Assembly: GCF_009914755.1 (NCBI RefSeq)
Contig: NC_060925.1
DNA length: 64,000 bases
Strand: one strand, 5' to 3'
DNA from: the human T2T-CHM13v2.0 reference genome, Homo sapiens
Under the pieces are notes generated by a model that saw nothing but the letters and a program-made list of their open reading frames with translations, was not told where the DNA came from and searched no databases. Positions 15,001 through 28,000 of the stretch are shown piece by piece. Made by a program: the position numbers and the translations under genes. Position 1 is the stretch's first letter; every line of letters begins with the position of its first letter.

Positions 15001-18000
15001 TGGAAAGGAAAGGCATGGAATGTAATGGAATGCACCGGTATGTAATGGAGTCAACCCGAGTGGAATGGAATGGAATGGAATGAAAATGAATGGAATGCAA
15101 TGCAATGGAATGGAGGGGAATGGAATCAACACCAGTGGAAGGGAATGCAATGGAATGGAGCGGACTGGAATAAGCACCAATGGAATGGAATGGATTGGAA
15201 TGCAATGGAATGGAATGGAATGGACTAGAATGGAATGGAATGGAATGAAATGAACCCGATTTGAATGGAATAGAATGCAATGGAATGAAATGGAATCAAC
15301 TGGAAAGGAATGAAATGGAATGGAATGGAATGGAATGGAATCAACCCGAATGGAATGGAATGGAATGGAATGGAATGGAATGGAATGGAATGGAATGGAA
15401 TGGAATGGAATGGAATAGAATGGAATGGAAACAACTCGAGTGGAAAGGAATGGAATGGAAAGGAATGGAATGGAAAGGAAAGGAATGGAATGCAATGGAA
15501 TGCAATGGTATGGAATGGAATACAATGGAATTCAATGTAATGGAAACAAACCGAGTGGAATGTAATGGAATGGAAAGGACTGGACTGTAATTGAATGGAT
15601 TGGAATCAACACGATTCCAATGCAATGGAATGGAATGGAATGGAATGGAATGGAATCAACCCGAGTGGAATGGAATGGAATGGAATGGAATGGAATGGAA
15701 TAGAATGGAATGGAATCAACTCGAGTGGAAAGGAATGGAATGGAAAGGAATGGAATGGAAAGGAAAGGCATGGAATGCAATGGAATGCAATAGTATGTAA
15801 TGGAGTCAACCCGAGTGGAATGGAATGGAATGGAATGGAATGGAATGAAAATGAATGGAATGCAATGCAATGGAATGGAAGGGAATGGAATAAACACCAG
15901 TGGAAGGGAATGCAATGGAATGGAACGGACTGGAATAATCACCAGGGGAATGGAACGGAATGGAATGGAATGGAACGGAATGGAATGGAATGGACTAGAA
16001 TGGAATGGAATGGAATGAAATCAACCCGATTAGAATGGAATAGAATGCAATGGAATGAAATGGAATCAACTGGATAGGAATGAAATGGAATGGAATGGAA
16101 TGGAATGGAATGGAATGGAATCAACCCGAGTGGAATGGAATGGAATGGAATGGAATGGAATGGAATGGACTAGAATGGAATGGAATGGAATGAAATCAAC
16201 CCGATTAGAATGGAATAGAATGCAATGGAATGAAATGGAATCAACTGGAAAGGTATGAAATGGAATGGAATGGAATGGAATGGAATCAACCCGAGTGGAA
16301 TGGAATGGAATGGAATGGAATGGAATGGAATGGAATAGAATGGAATGGAAACAACTCGAGTGGAAAAGAATGGAATGGAAAGGAATGGAATGGAAAGAAA
16401 GGAATGGAATGCAATGGAATGCAATGGTATTTAAGGGAATGCAATGTAATTCAATGTAATGGAAACAATCCGAGTGGAATGTAATAGAATGGAAAGGACT
16501 GGACTGTAATTGAATGGATTGGAATCAACCCGATTCCAAGGCAATGGAATGGAATGGAATGGAATGGAATGGAATCAACCCGAGTGGAATGGAATGGAAT
16601 GGAATGGAATGGAATGGAATAGAATGGAATGGAATCAACTCGAGTGGAAAGGAATGGAATGGAAAGGAATGGAATGGAAAGGAAAGGCATGGAATGCAAT
16701 GGAATGCAATAGTATGTAATGGAGTCAACCCGAGTGGAATGGAATGGAATGGAATGGAATGAAAATGAATGGAATGCAATGCAATGGAATGGAAGGGAAT
16801 GGAATAAACACAAGTGGAAGGGAATGCAATGGAATGGAACGGACTGGAATAATCACCAGGGGAATGGAACGGAATGGAATGGAATGGAACGGAATGGAAT
16901 GGAATGGACTAGAATGGAATGGAATGGAATGAAATCAACCCGATTAGAATGGAATAGAATGCAATGGAATGAAATGGAATCAACTGGATAGGAATGAAAT
17001 GGAATGGAATGGAATGGAATGGAATCAACCCGAGTGGAATGGAATGGAATGGAATGGAATGGAATGGAATGGACTAGAATGGAATGGAATGGAATGAAAT
17101 CAACCCGATTAGAATGGAATAGAATGCAATGGAATGAAATGGAATCAACTGGAAAGGTATGAAATGGAATGGAATGGAATGGAATGGAATCAACCCGAGT
17201 GGAATGGAATGGAATGGAATGGAATGGAATGGAATGGAATAGAATGGAATGGAAACAACTCGAGTGGAAAAGAATGGAATGGAAAGGAATGGAATGGAAA
17301 GAAAGGAATGGAATGCAATGGAATGCAATGGTATTTAAGGGAATGCAATGTAATTCAATGTAATGGAAACAATCCGAGTGGAATGTAATAGAATGGAAAG
17401 GACTGGACTGTAATTGAATGGATTGGAATCAACCCGATTCCAAGGCAATGGAATGGAATGGAATGGAATGGAATGGAATGGAATGGAATCAACCAGAGTG
17501 GAATGGAATGGAATGGAATGGATTGGAATGGAATGGAATGGTATGGAATGGAATAGAATGGAATGGAATCAACTCGAGTGGAAAGGAATGGAATGGAAAG
17601 TAATGGAATGGAAAGGAAAGGCATGGAATGCAATGGAATGCACCGGTATGTAATGGAGTCAACCCGAGTGGAATGGAATGGAATGGAATGAAAATGAATG
17701 GAATGCAATGCAATGGAATGGAGGGGAATGGAATCAACACCAGTGGAAGGGAATGCATTGGAATGGAGCGGACTGGAATAAGCACCAGTGGAATGGAATG
17801 GATTGGAATGCAATGGAATGGAATGGAATGGACTAGAATGGAATGGAATGGAATGAAATGAACCCGATTTGAATGGAATAGAATGCAATGGAATGAAATG
17901 GAATCAACTGGAAAGGAATGAAATAGAATGGAATGGAATGGAATGGAATCAACCCGAGTGGAATAGAATGGAATGGAATGGAATGGAATGGAATGGAATG

Positions 18001-21000
18001 GAATGGAATGGAATGGAATAGATTGGAATATAATCAACTCGTGTGGAAAGAAATGGAATGTAAAGGAATGGAAAGGAAAGGAAAGGAATGGAATGCAATG
18101 GAATGCAATGGTATGTAATGGAATCAACACGAGTGGAATGGAATGGAATGAAAATGAATGGAATGTAATGCAATGGAATGGAGTGGAATGGAATAAACAC
18201 CAGTGGAAGGGAATGCAATGGAATGGAGTGGACTGGAATAAACACCAGTGTAATGGAATGGAATGGAATGGAATGGAATGGAATGGACTAGAATGGAATG
18301 GAATGCAATGAAATCAACCCGATTAGAATGGAATAGAATGCAATGGAATGAAATGGAATCAACTGGAAAGGAATGAAATGGAATGGAATGGAATGGAATG
18401 GAATCAACCCGAGTGGAATGGAATGGAATGGAATGGAATGGAAAGGAATGGAATGGAATAGAATGGAATGGAAACAACTCGAGTGGAAAAGAATGGAATG
18501 GAAAGGAATGGAATGGAAAGAAAGGAATGGAATGCAATGGAATGCAATGGTATTTAATGGAATGCAATGTAATTCAATGTAATGGAAACAAACGGAGTGG
18601 AATGTAATGGAATGGAAAGGACTGGACTGTAATTGAATGGATTGGAATCAACCCGATTCCAAGGCAATGGAATGGAATGGAATGGAATGGAATGGAATGG
18701 AATCAACTCGAGTGGAAAGGAATGGAATGGAAAGTAATGGAACGGAAAGGAAAGGCATGGAATGCAAAGGAATGCAATGGTATGTAATGGAGTCAACCCG
18801 ATTGGAATGGAATGGAATGGAATGGAATGAAAATGAATGGAATGCAATTCAATGGAATGGAAGGGAATGGAATAAACACCAGTGGAAGGGAATGAAATGG
18901 AATGGAACGGACTGGAAAATCACCAGTGGAATGGAATGGAATGGAACGGAATGGAATGGAATGGACTAGAATGGAATGGAATGGAATGAAATCAACCCGA
19001 TTAGAATGGAATAGAATGCAATGGAATGAAATGGAATTAACTGGATAGGAATGAAATGGAATGGAATGGAATGGAATGGAATCAACCCGAGTGGAATGGA
19101 ATGGAATGGAATGGAATGCAATGGAGTGGAATGGAATAAACACCAGTGGAATAGAATGGAATGGAATGGAAGGGAATGGAATGGAATCAACCCGACTGGA
19201 ATGCAAAGGAATGGAATGGAAAGGCATGGAATCAACCCGAGTGGAATGGATTGGAATAGAGTGGAATGGAATGGAACGGCATAGAATGCAATGGAATCAA
19301 CTAGAATGGAATGGAATGGAATGGAATGGATTGGAATGGAATCGAACGGAATCAACCTGAGCGGAATGGAATGGAATGGAATGAATGGAATGGAATGGAA
19401 TGGAAACTAATGGAATGGATTGGAAAGGAAACAACCCGAGTGGAATGGAATGCAATGGAATGCAATGGAATGCAATGGAATGGAATGGAATGGAATGGAA
19501 TTCTATGTAATGGAAACAAACCGAGTGGAATGTAATGGAATGTAAAGGACTGAAATGTAATGGAATGTATAGGAATCAACCCGACTCCAATGCAACGGAA
19601 TGGAATGGAATGGAATGGAATGGAATGGAATGGAATTTAATGGAATGGAATGGAATGGAATGGAATGGAGTGGAATGGAATTTAATGGAATGGAAAGGAA
19701 TGGAATGAACTGGAATGGAATGGAATGGAATGGAATTTAATGGAATGGAATGTCATCAACACGAGTGGTGTGGAATGGAATGGAATGGAAATGAATTTAA
19801 TGGAATGGAATGGAATGGAACGGAACGGAATGGAAGAACGCGAATGTAATGGAATGGAATAGAACGGAATAAACACGAGAGGAATGGAATGGAATGTAAT
19901 GGAATGGAATAGAATGGAATGGAAGCAACTCGAGTGGAAAGGAATGAAATGGAAAGGAATGGAATGGAAAGGAAAGGAATGGAATACAATGGAATGCAAC
20001 GGTGTGGAATGGAGTCAACACGAGTGGAATGGTACGGAATGGAATGGAATGAAATGGAATGGAATGGAATGCAATGGAATGGAGTGGAATGGAATAAACA
20101 CCAGTGGAAAGGAATGGAGTGGAATGGAATGGAATGGAATTTAATGGAATGGACAGGAATGCAATGGAATGGAATGGAATGCAATGGAATGAAATGAACC
20201 CGAATGGAATGGAATGGAATGCAATATAAAGGAATGGAATCAACTGTAAAAGAATGAAATGGAATGGAATGGAATGGAATGGAATGGAATGGAATGGAAT
20301 GGAATGGAATGGAATCAACCCGAGTGGAACGCAATGGAATGGAATGGAATGAAATCAACCCAAGTGGAATGGATAGGAATAGAGTGGAACGGAATGGAAC
20401 AGCATGGAATGGAATGGTATGGATTGCAATGGAATCAACTAGAATGGAATGGAATAGAATGGAATGGAATGGAATGGAATGGAAAGGAATGGAATGGAAT
20501 GGACAGGAAAGGAATGGAATGGTATGAAATCATCCCGATTGGAATGGAGTGGAATGCAATGGAATGGAATAGAACCAACTGGAAAGGAATGGAATGGAAA
20601 GGAATAGAATGGAATGCAATGGAATGCAATGGAATGCAATGGTATGGAATGGAGTAAACACGAGAGGAATGGAATGGAATGGAATGGAATGAAATGGAAT
20701 GGAATGCAATGGAATGGAATGGAATGGAATCAACTGGAAAGGAATGAAAAGGAATGGAATGGAATGGAATGGAAACAACCCGAGTGGAATGGAATGGAAT
20801 GGAATGAAATGGAATGGAATGGAATGGAATGGAATGGAACGGAATCAACCCGACTGGAATGGAATGGAATGGAATGGAATGGAATGGAATGAAATCAACC
20901 CGAGTTGAATGGAATGGAATGGAATGGAATGGAATCGAATGGAATGGAGTGGAATGGAATGGAACGGAATGGAATCAACGCGAGTGGAATGCAATGGAAT

Positions 21001-21470
21001 GGAATGGAATGGAATGGAATGGAATGGAATGGAATAAACACGAGTGGAATGGATTGGAATGGAGTGGAATGGAATGGAACGGCATGGAGTGCAACGGAAT
21101 CAACTAGAATGGAATGGAATGGAATGGAATAAACACGAGTGGAATGCAATGGAATGGAATGGAATGGAATGGAATAAACCCGAGTAGAATGGAATGGAAT
21201 GGAATGGAATGAAATGGAATGGAATGCAATGCAATGGAATGTAGGGGAATGAAATAAACACCAGTGGAATAGAATGGAATGTAATGGAATGGAATGGAAT
21301 GGAATGGAATGGACAGGAATGGAATGGAAAGGAATGGAATGGAATGGAATGGACTAGAGTGGAATGGAATTAAATGAAATCAACCCGATTGGAATGGAAT
21401 GGAATGGAATCAACTGGAAAGGAATCAAATGGAATGGAATGGAATGGAATGGAATGGAATGGAATGGAAC
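1..21470 (+). repeat. ~12.2-kb tandem/higher-order repeat unit (copy 1: 1-12168; partial copy 2: 12169-~21470)
   Basis: The rare marker tcagctgcag occurs at 21 and 12189 (offset 12168). Identical spurious ORF translations recur at offsets 12178 (365/12543, 613/12791), 12413 (7269/19682) and 12183 (8516/20699). Confidence 0.95.
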
Positions 21471-22006
21471 GGAATGGAATGGAATGGAATCAACCCGAGT
21501 GGAGTGGAATGGAATGGAATGGAAATGAATGGAATGGAATCGAATGGAATGGAATGGAACAGAACGGAATGGAATGAACCCGAGTGAAATGGAATGGAAT
21601 GGAATGGAATGGAATGGAATAGAATAAACACGAGTGGAATGGAATGGAATGGAATGGAATGGAAAGGAATGGACTAGAATGGAATGGAAAGTAAAGGAAT
21701 GGAATGCAATGGAATGCAATGTTAGGGAATGGTGTCAGCCCGAGTGGAATGGAATGGAATGGAATGGAGTGAAAGGGAATGTAGTGGAATGCAATGGAAT
21801 GGAGTGGAATGGAATGCAATGGAATAGAGTTGAATGTAATAAACACCAGTGGAATGGAATGGAATGTAATGGAATGGAATGGTCAGGAATGGAATGGAAT
21901 GGAATGGAATGGAAAAGAATAGAATGGAATGGAATGGAATGAAATCAACCCGATTGGAATGGAATGGAATACCATGGAATGGAATGGAATCAACTGGAAA
22001 GGAATC
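1..22006 (+). repeat. Human Satellite 3 (HSat3/SatIII) array, left arm, (GGAAT)n on + strand
   Basis: Continuous GGAAT pentamers with variants (GCAAT, GGAAA, GTAAT, AGAAT) and interspersed CAACCCGAGT/CAACTCGAGT/CAACACGAGT/AAACACCAGT motifs typical of satellite III. The dense CATTCGATTC pattern of HSat2 is absent. Confidence 0.98.
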
Positions 22007-22030
22007 CAGTGCTCGAGTTGATTATATTCC
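22001..22030. other. Strand-inversion breakpoint inside the HSat3 array
   Basis: ...caactggaaaggaatc-cagtg-ctcgagttgattatattccattcc...: GGAAT phase ends at ~22006 and ATTCC-orientation sequence starts at ~22012. Confidence 0.96.
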
Positions 22031-25000
22031 ATTCCATTCCATTCCATTCCATTCCATTCCATTCCATTCCGTTCCGTTTGATTCCTTTCTAGTTGATTCC
22101 ATTCCATTCCATTGCATGCCATTCCATTCCAATCGGGTTGTTTTCATTCCATTACATTCCATTCTAGTCCATTCCACTCCATTCCGTTCCTGTCCATTCC
22201 ACCCCAATCCATTCCATTCTAGTTGATTCCATTGCATTCCATGCCGTTCCATTCCATTCCACTCTATTCCAATCCATTCCAGTCGGGTTGATTTCATTCC
22301 ATTCCAATCCATTCCATTGCATTCCATTGCATTCCACTCGGGTTGATTCCATTCCATTCCATTCCATTCCATTCGATTCTATGCTAGTTGATTCAAATGC
22401 ATGCCATGCCGTTCCATTCCATTCCACTCTATTCCAATCCATTCCATTCAGGTTGATTTCATTCCATTCCATTCCGTTCCATTCCATTCCATTGCATTCC
22501 ACTCGTATTAATTCCATTCCATTCCATTCCATTCCATTCCATTCCATTCCATTCCATTCCTTTACATTTTATTCCTTTCTAGTTGATTCCATTCCATTCC
22601 ATTGCATTGCATTCCATTCCAATCAGGTTTATTTCATTGTATTCCATTCCATTCCATTCCATTCCATTCCATTCCATTCCAGTCATGTCCATTCCATTCC
22701 ATTCCTTTTCATTCCATTCCATTCCATTCCACTGGTGTTTATTCCATTCCAATCCATTCCATTGCATTCCATTCCATTCCATTTCATTCCATTCCATTCC
22801 ATTCCATTCCACTCGGGTTAATTCCATTCCATACCATTGCATTCCACTGCATTCCATTCCTTTCCTTTCATTCCATTCCATTCGAATCCGTTCCTTTCCA
22901 CTCGAGTTGATTCCATTCTATTCTATTCCATTCCTTTCCATTCCATTCCATTCCATTGTAATCCATTCCATTGCATTCCATTCCACTAGTTTTTATTCCA
23001 TTCCATTCCATTCCATTCCATTCCATTCCATTCCATTCCATTCCACTCGGGTTCATTCCATTCCATTCCATTCCATTCCATTCCATTCCATTCCATTCCA
23101 TTCCTTTCCACTCGGGTTGATTCCATTCCTTTCCATTCCAATCCATTCCATTCCATTCCATTCCATTCCATTCCGTTCCATTTGACTCCTTTCCAGTTGA
23201 TTCCATTCCATTCCATTTCATGCCATTCCATTCCAATCGGGTTGATTTCATTCCATTACATTCCATTCTAGTCCAATTCACTCCATTCCGTTCCATTCCA
23301 TTCCATTCCTGTCCATTCCATCCCATTCCATTCAATTCTAGTTGATTCCATTGCATTCCATGCCGTTCCGTTCCATTCCACTGTATTCCAATCCATTCCA
23401 GTCTTGCTGATTTCATTCCATTGCATTCCTTTCCATTCCATTGCATTCCACTTGGGTTGATTCCATTCCATTCCATTCCATTCCATTCCATTCCATTCCA
23501 TTCCATTCTATTCTAGTTGATTCCAATGCATGCCATGCCGTTCCATTCCATTACACTCTATTCCAATGCATTCCATTCCGGTTGATTTCATTCCATTCCA
23601 TTCCATTCCATTCAATTACATTCCAATCCATTCCATTCCATTCCATTCCATTCCATTCCATTCCATTCCGTTACATTTGATTCCTTTCCAGTTGATTCCA
23701 TTCCATTCCATTGCATTCCATTCCATTCCAATCAGGTTTATTTCATTGCATTCCATTCCATTCCATTCCATTCCATTCCATTCCATTCCAGTCATGTCCA
23801 TTCCATTCCATTCCATTTCATTCCATTCCATTCCATTCCACTGGTGGTTATTCCATTCCAATCCATTCCATTGCATTCCATTCCATTCCATTTCATTCCA
23901 TTCCATTCCATTCCATTCCACTCGGGTTGACTCCATTCCATACCATTGCCTTCCATTGCATTCCATTCCTTTCCTTTCCATTCCATTCCATTCCAATCCA
24001 TTCCTTTCCACTCGAGTTGATTCCATTCCATTCTATTCCATTCCTTTCCATTCCATTCTATTCCATTCCATTCCATTCCGTTAAATTCCATGCCATGCAA
24101 TTCCATTCCAGTTCATTCCATTCCTTTCCATTCCATTCCATTCCGTTCCATTCCATTCCATTACATTCCATTCCGTTGCATTGGAATCGGGTTGATTCCA
24201 ATCCATTCCATTACATTCCTTTCCTTTCCACTATATTACATTCCACTCGGTTTGTTTCCATTACATTTAATTCCATTCCATTCCATTCCATTCCATTCCT
24301 TTCCATTCCATTCCATTCCATACCACCCGGATTGATTCCATTCTATTCCATTATAATCCATTCCATTCCATTACATTCCAGTTGATTCTAATGCCTTTCA
24401 CTCCATTACATTCCATTGCATTCCATTCCATTCCATTCCATTCCACTCAGTTTGTTTCCATTCCATTCCATTCCACTCGGGTTGATTCCATTCCATTCCA
24501 TTCCATTCCGTGCCTTTCCAATCCATTCCATTCCATTCCATTCCACTCGGGTTCATTCCATTCCGTTCCGTTCCATTCCATCCCATTCTATTCCATTCAT
24601 TTCCATTCCATTCCGTTCCACTCCACTCGGGTTGATTCCATTCCATTCCATTCCATTCCATTAAATTCCATTCCATTCCATTCCATTCCATTGCATTACT
24701 TTCCAGTTCATTCCATTCCTTTCCATTCCATTCCGTTCCCTTCCCTTCCCTTCCATTCCATTCCATGCCATTGCATTGGAATCGGATTGATTCCAGTACA
24801 TTCCATTACATTCCAGTCCTTTCCATTCCATTACATTCCACTCTGTTTGTTTCCATTACATTGAATTCCATTCCATTCCTTTCCATAACATTGCATTCCA
24901 TTGCATTCCACTCCACTCGGGTTGCTTCCTTTCCATTACATTCCATTAGTTTCCATTCCATTCCATTCCATTCATTCAATTCCATTCCATTCCATTCAAT

Positions 25001-28000
25001 TCCACTCAGGTTGATTCCGTTCGATTCCATTCCAGTCCATTCCATTGCATTCCATTCTAGTTGATTCCATTGCATTCCATGCCATTCCATTCCATTCCAC
25101 TCCATTCCAATCCATTCCACTCGGGTTGATTCCATTCGAATCCATTCCATTCCATTCCATTGCATTCCACTCGGGTTTATTCCATTCCATTCCATTCCAA
25201 TCCATTCCATGCCATTCCATTCCATTCCATTCCATTCCATTCCATTCCGTTCCGTTCCGTTCCGTTCCGTTCCGTTCCGTTCCGTTCCATTCCATTCCAT
25301 TCCATTCCGTTCCATTTGATTCCTTTCCAGTTGATTCCATTCCATTCCATTGCATGCCATTACATTCCAATACTGTTGATTTCATTCCATTACATTCCAT
25401 TCTAGTCCAATCCACTGCATTCCATTCCAATCCATTCCATTCCATTCCATTCCATTCTTGTCCATTCCACCTCATTCCATTCCATTCTAGTTGATTCCAT
25501 TGCATTCCATGCCGTTCCATTCCATTCCACTCTAATCCAATCCATTCCAGTCGGGTTGCTTTCATTCCATTGCATTCCATTCCATTCCATTGCATTCCAT
25601 TCTGGTTGATTCCATTCCATTCCATTCCATTCCATTCTATTCTAGTTGATTCCAATGCATGCCATGCCGTTCCATTCCATTCCACTCTATTCTAATCCAT
25701 TCCATTCGGGTTGATTTCATTCCATTCTATTTCATTCCATTCCATTCCATTGCATTCCATTCCTTTCCATTCCATTCCATTCCGTTACATTTGATTCCTT
25801 TCCAGTTGATTCCATTCCATTCCATTGCATTCCATTCCATTCCAACCAGGTTTATTTCATTGCATTCCATTCCATTCCATTCCATTCCATTCCATTCCAT
25901 TCCATTCCACCGGTGTTTATTCCAGTCCGCTCCATTCCATTGCATTCCGTTCTACTGGGGTTTATTCCATTCCACTCCATTCCATTGCATTCCATTCCAT
26001 TCCATTTCATTCCATTCCATTCCATTCCATTCCACTCGGGTTGACTCCATTCCATACCATTGTCTTCCATTGCATTCCATTCCTTTCCTTTCCATTCCAT
26101 TCCATTCCAATCCGTTCCTTTCCACTCGAGTTGATTCCATTCCATTCTATTCCATTCCTTTCCATTCCCTTCCATTCCATTCCATTCCATTCCATTCCAT
26201 TCCATTCCATTCCATTCCACTCGTGTTTATTCCACTCCATTCCATTCCATTCCATTGCATTCTACTCGGGTTGATTAAATTCCATTCCTTTCCATTCCAT
26301 TCCATTCATTTCATTCCTTTCCAGTTGATTCCATTCCATTCCATTGCATTCCATTCCATTCCAATCGGGTTGATTTCATTCCATTCCATTCCATTCTAGT
26401 CCATTGCACTCCATTCCATTCCATTCTATTGCATTCCATTCCTGTCCATTCCATTCCATTCCATTCTATTCCACTGGTGTTTATTCCATTCCACTCCATT
26501 CCATTGCATTCCATTCCATTCCAGTTCATTCCATTCCATTCCATTCCATTCCACTCGGGTTGACTCCAATCCATACCATTGCATTCGATTGCATTCCATT
26601 CCTTTCGTTTCCATTCCATTCCTTTCCAGTCGAGTTGATTCCATTACATTCTATTCCATTCCATTCCATTCCATTCCATTCCATTCCATTCCATTCCATT
26701 CCACTCGGGTAGATTCCATTCCATTCCATTCCATTCCATTCCATTCCATTCCATTCCATTCCATTCCATTACATTCCATACAAATCCACTCGGGTTCATT
26801 CCATTCCGTTCCATTCCATTCCATTCCTTTCCATTCCATTCATTTCCATTCCATTCCATTCCACTCCACTCGCGTTGATTCCATTCCATTTCATTCCATT
26901 CCATTCCATTCTGTTAAATTCCATGTCACTCCATTCCATTCCAGTTCATTCCATTCCTTTCCATTCCATTCCATTCCGTTCCATTCCATTCCCTTATATT
27001 CCATTCCGTTGCATTGGAATCGGGTTGATTCCAATCCATTCCATTACATTCTGGTCCTTTCCATTATATTACATTCCACTCGGTTTGTTTCCATTACATT
27101 GAATTCCATTCCATTCCATTCCATTAAATTACATTCCATTCCATACCACCCGGATTGATTCCATTCCATTCCATTATAATCCATTCCATTCCATTCCATT
27201 CCAGTTGATTCTAATGCCTTTCACTCCATTACATTAAATTGCATTCCATTCCATTCCATTCCATTCCACTCAGTTTGTTTCCATCCCATTCCATTCCACT
27301 CGGGTTAATTCCATTCCATTCCATTCCATTCCATTCCATTCCATTCCCTTCCATTCCATTCCATTCCGTGCCTTTCCATTCCATTGAATTCCACTCCATT
27401 TTATTCCATTCCATTCCATTCCATTCCATTGAATTCCACTCCATTTTATTCAATTCCATTCCATTCCATTCCATTCCGTGCCTTTCCATAACATTCCATT
27501 CCATTCCATTCCATTCCATTCCATTCCACTCGGGTTCATTCCCTTCCATTCCGTTCCATTCCATTCCGTTCTATTCCATTCATTTCCATTCCATTCCATT
27601 CCACTCCACACTGGTTGATTCCATTCCATTCCATTCCATTCCATTAAATTCCATTGCATTCCATTCCATTCTATTCCATTCCATTCCATTCCATTCTATT
27701 ACATTCCAGTTCATTCCATTCCTTTCCATTCCATTCCGTTCCCTTTCATTCCATTCCATTCCGTGCCGTTGCATTGGAATCGGGTTGATTCCAATACATT
27801 CCATTGCATTCCAGTCCTTTCCATTCCATTACATTCCACTCGGTTTGTTTCCATTACATTGAATTCCATTCCATTCCTTTCCATAACAGTGCATTCCATT
27901 GCATTCCATTCCACTCGGTTTGATTCCTTTCCATTCCATTCCATTAGTTTCCATTCCATTCCATTCCATTCGTTTCCATTCCATTCCATTCCATTCCATT

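Noticed and set aside
21500-22500. Perfect fold-back palindrome centred on the inversion
   Set aside because: Non-pentamer motifs on the two sides do not mirror each other at equal distances.
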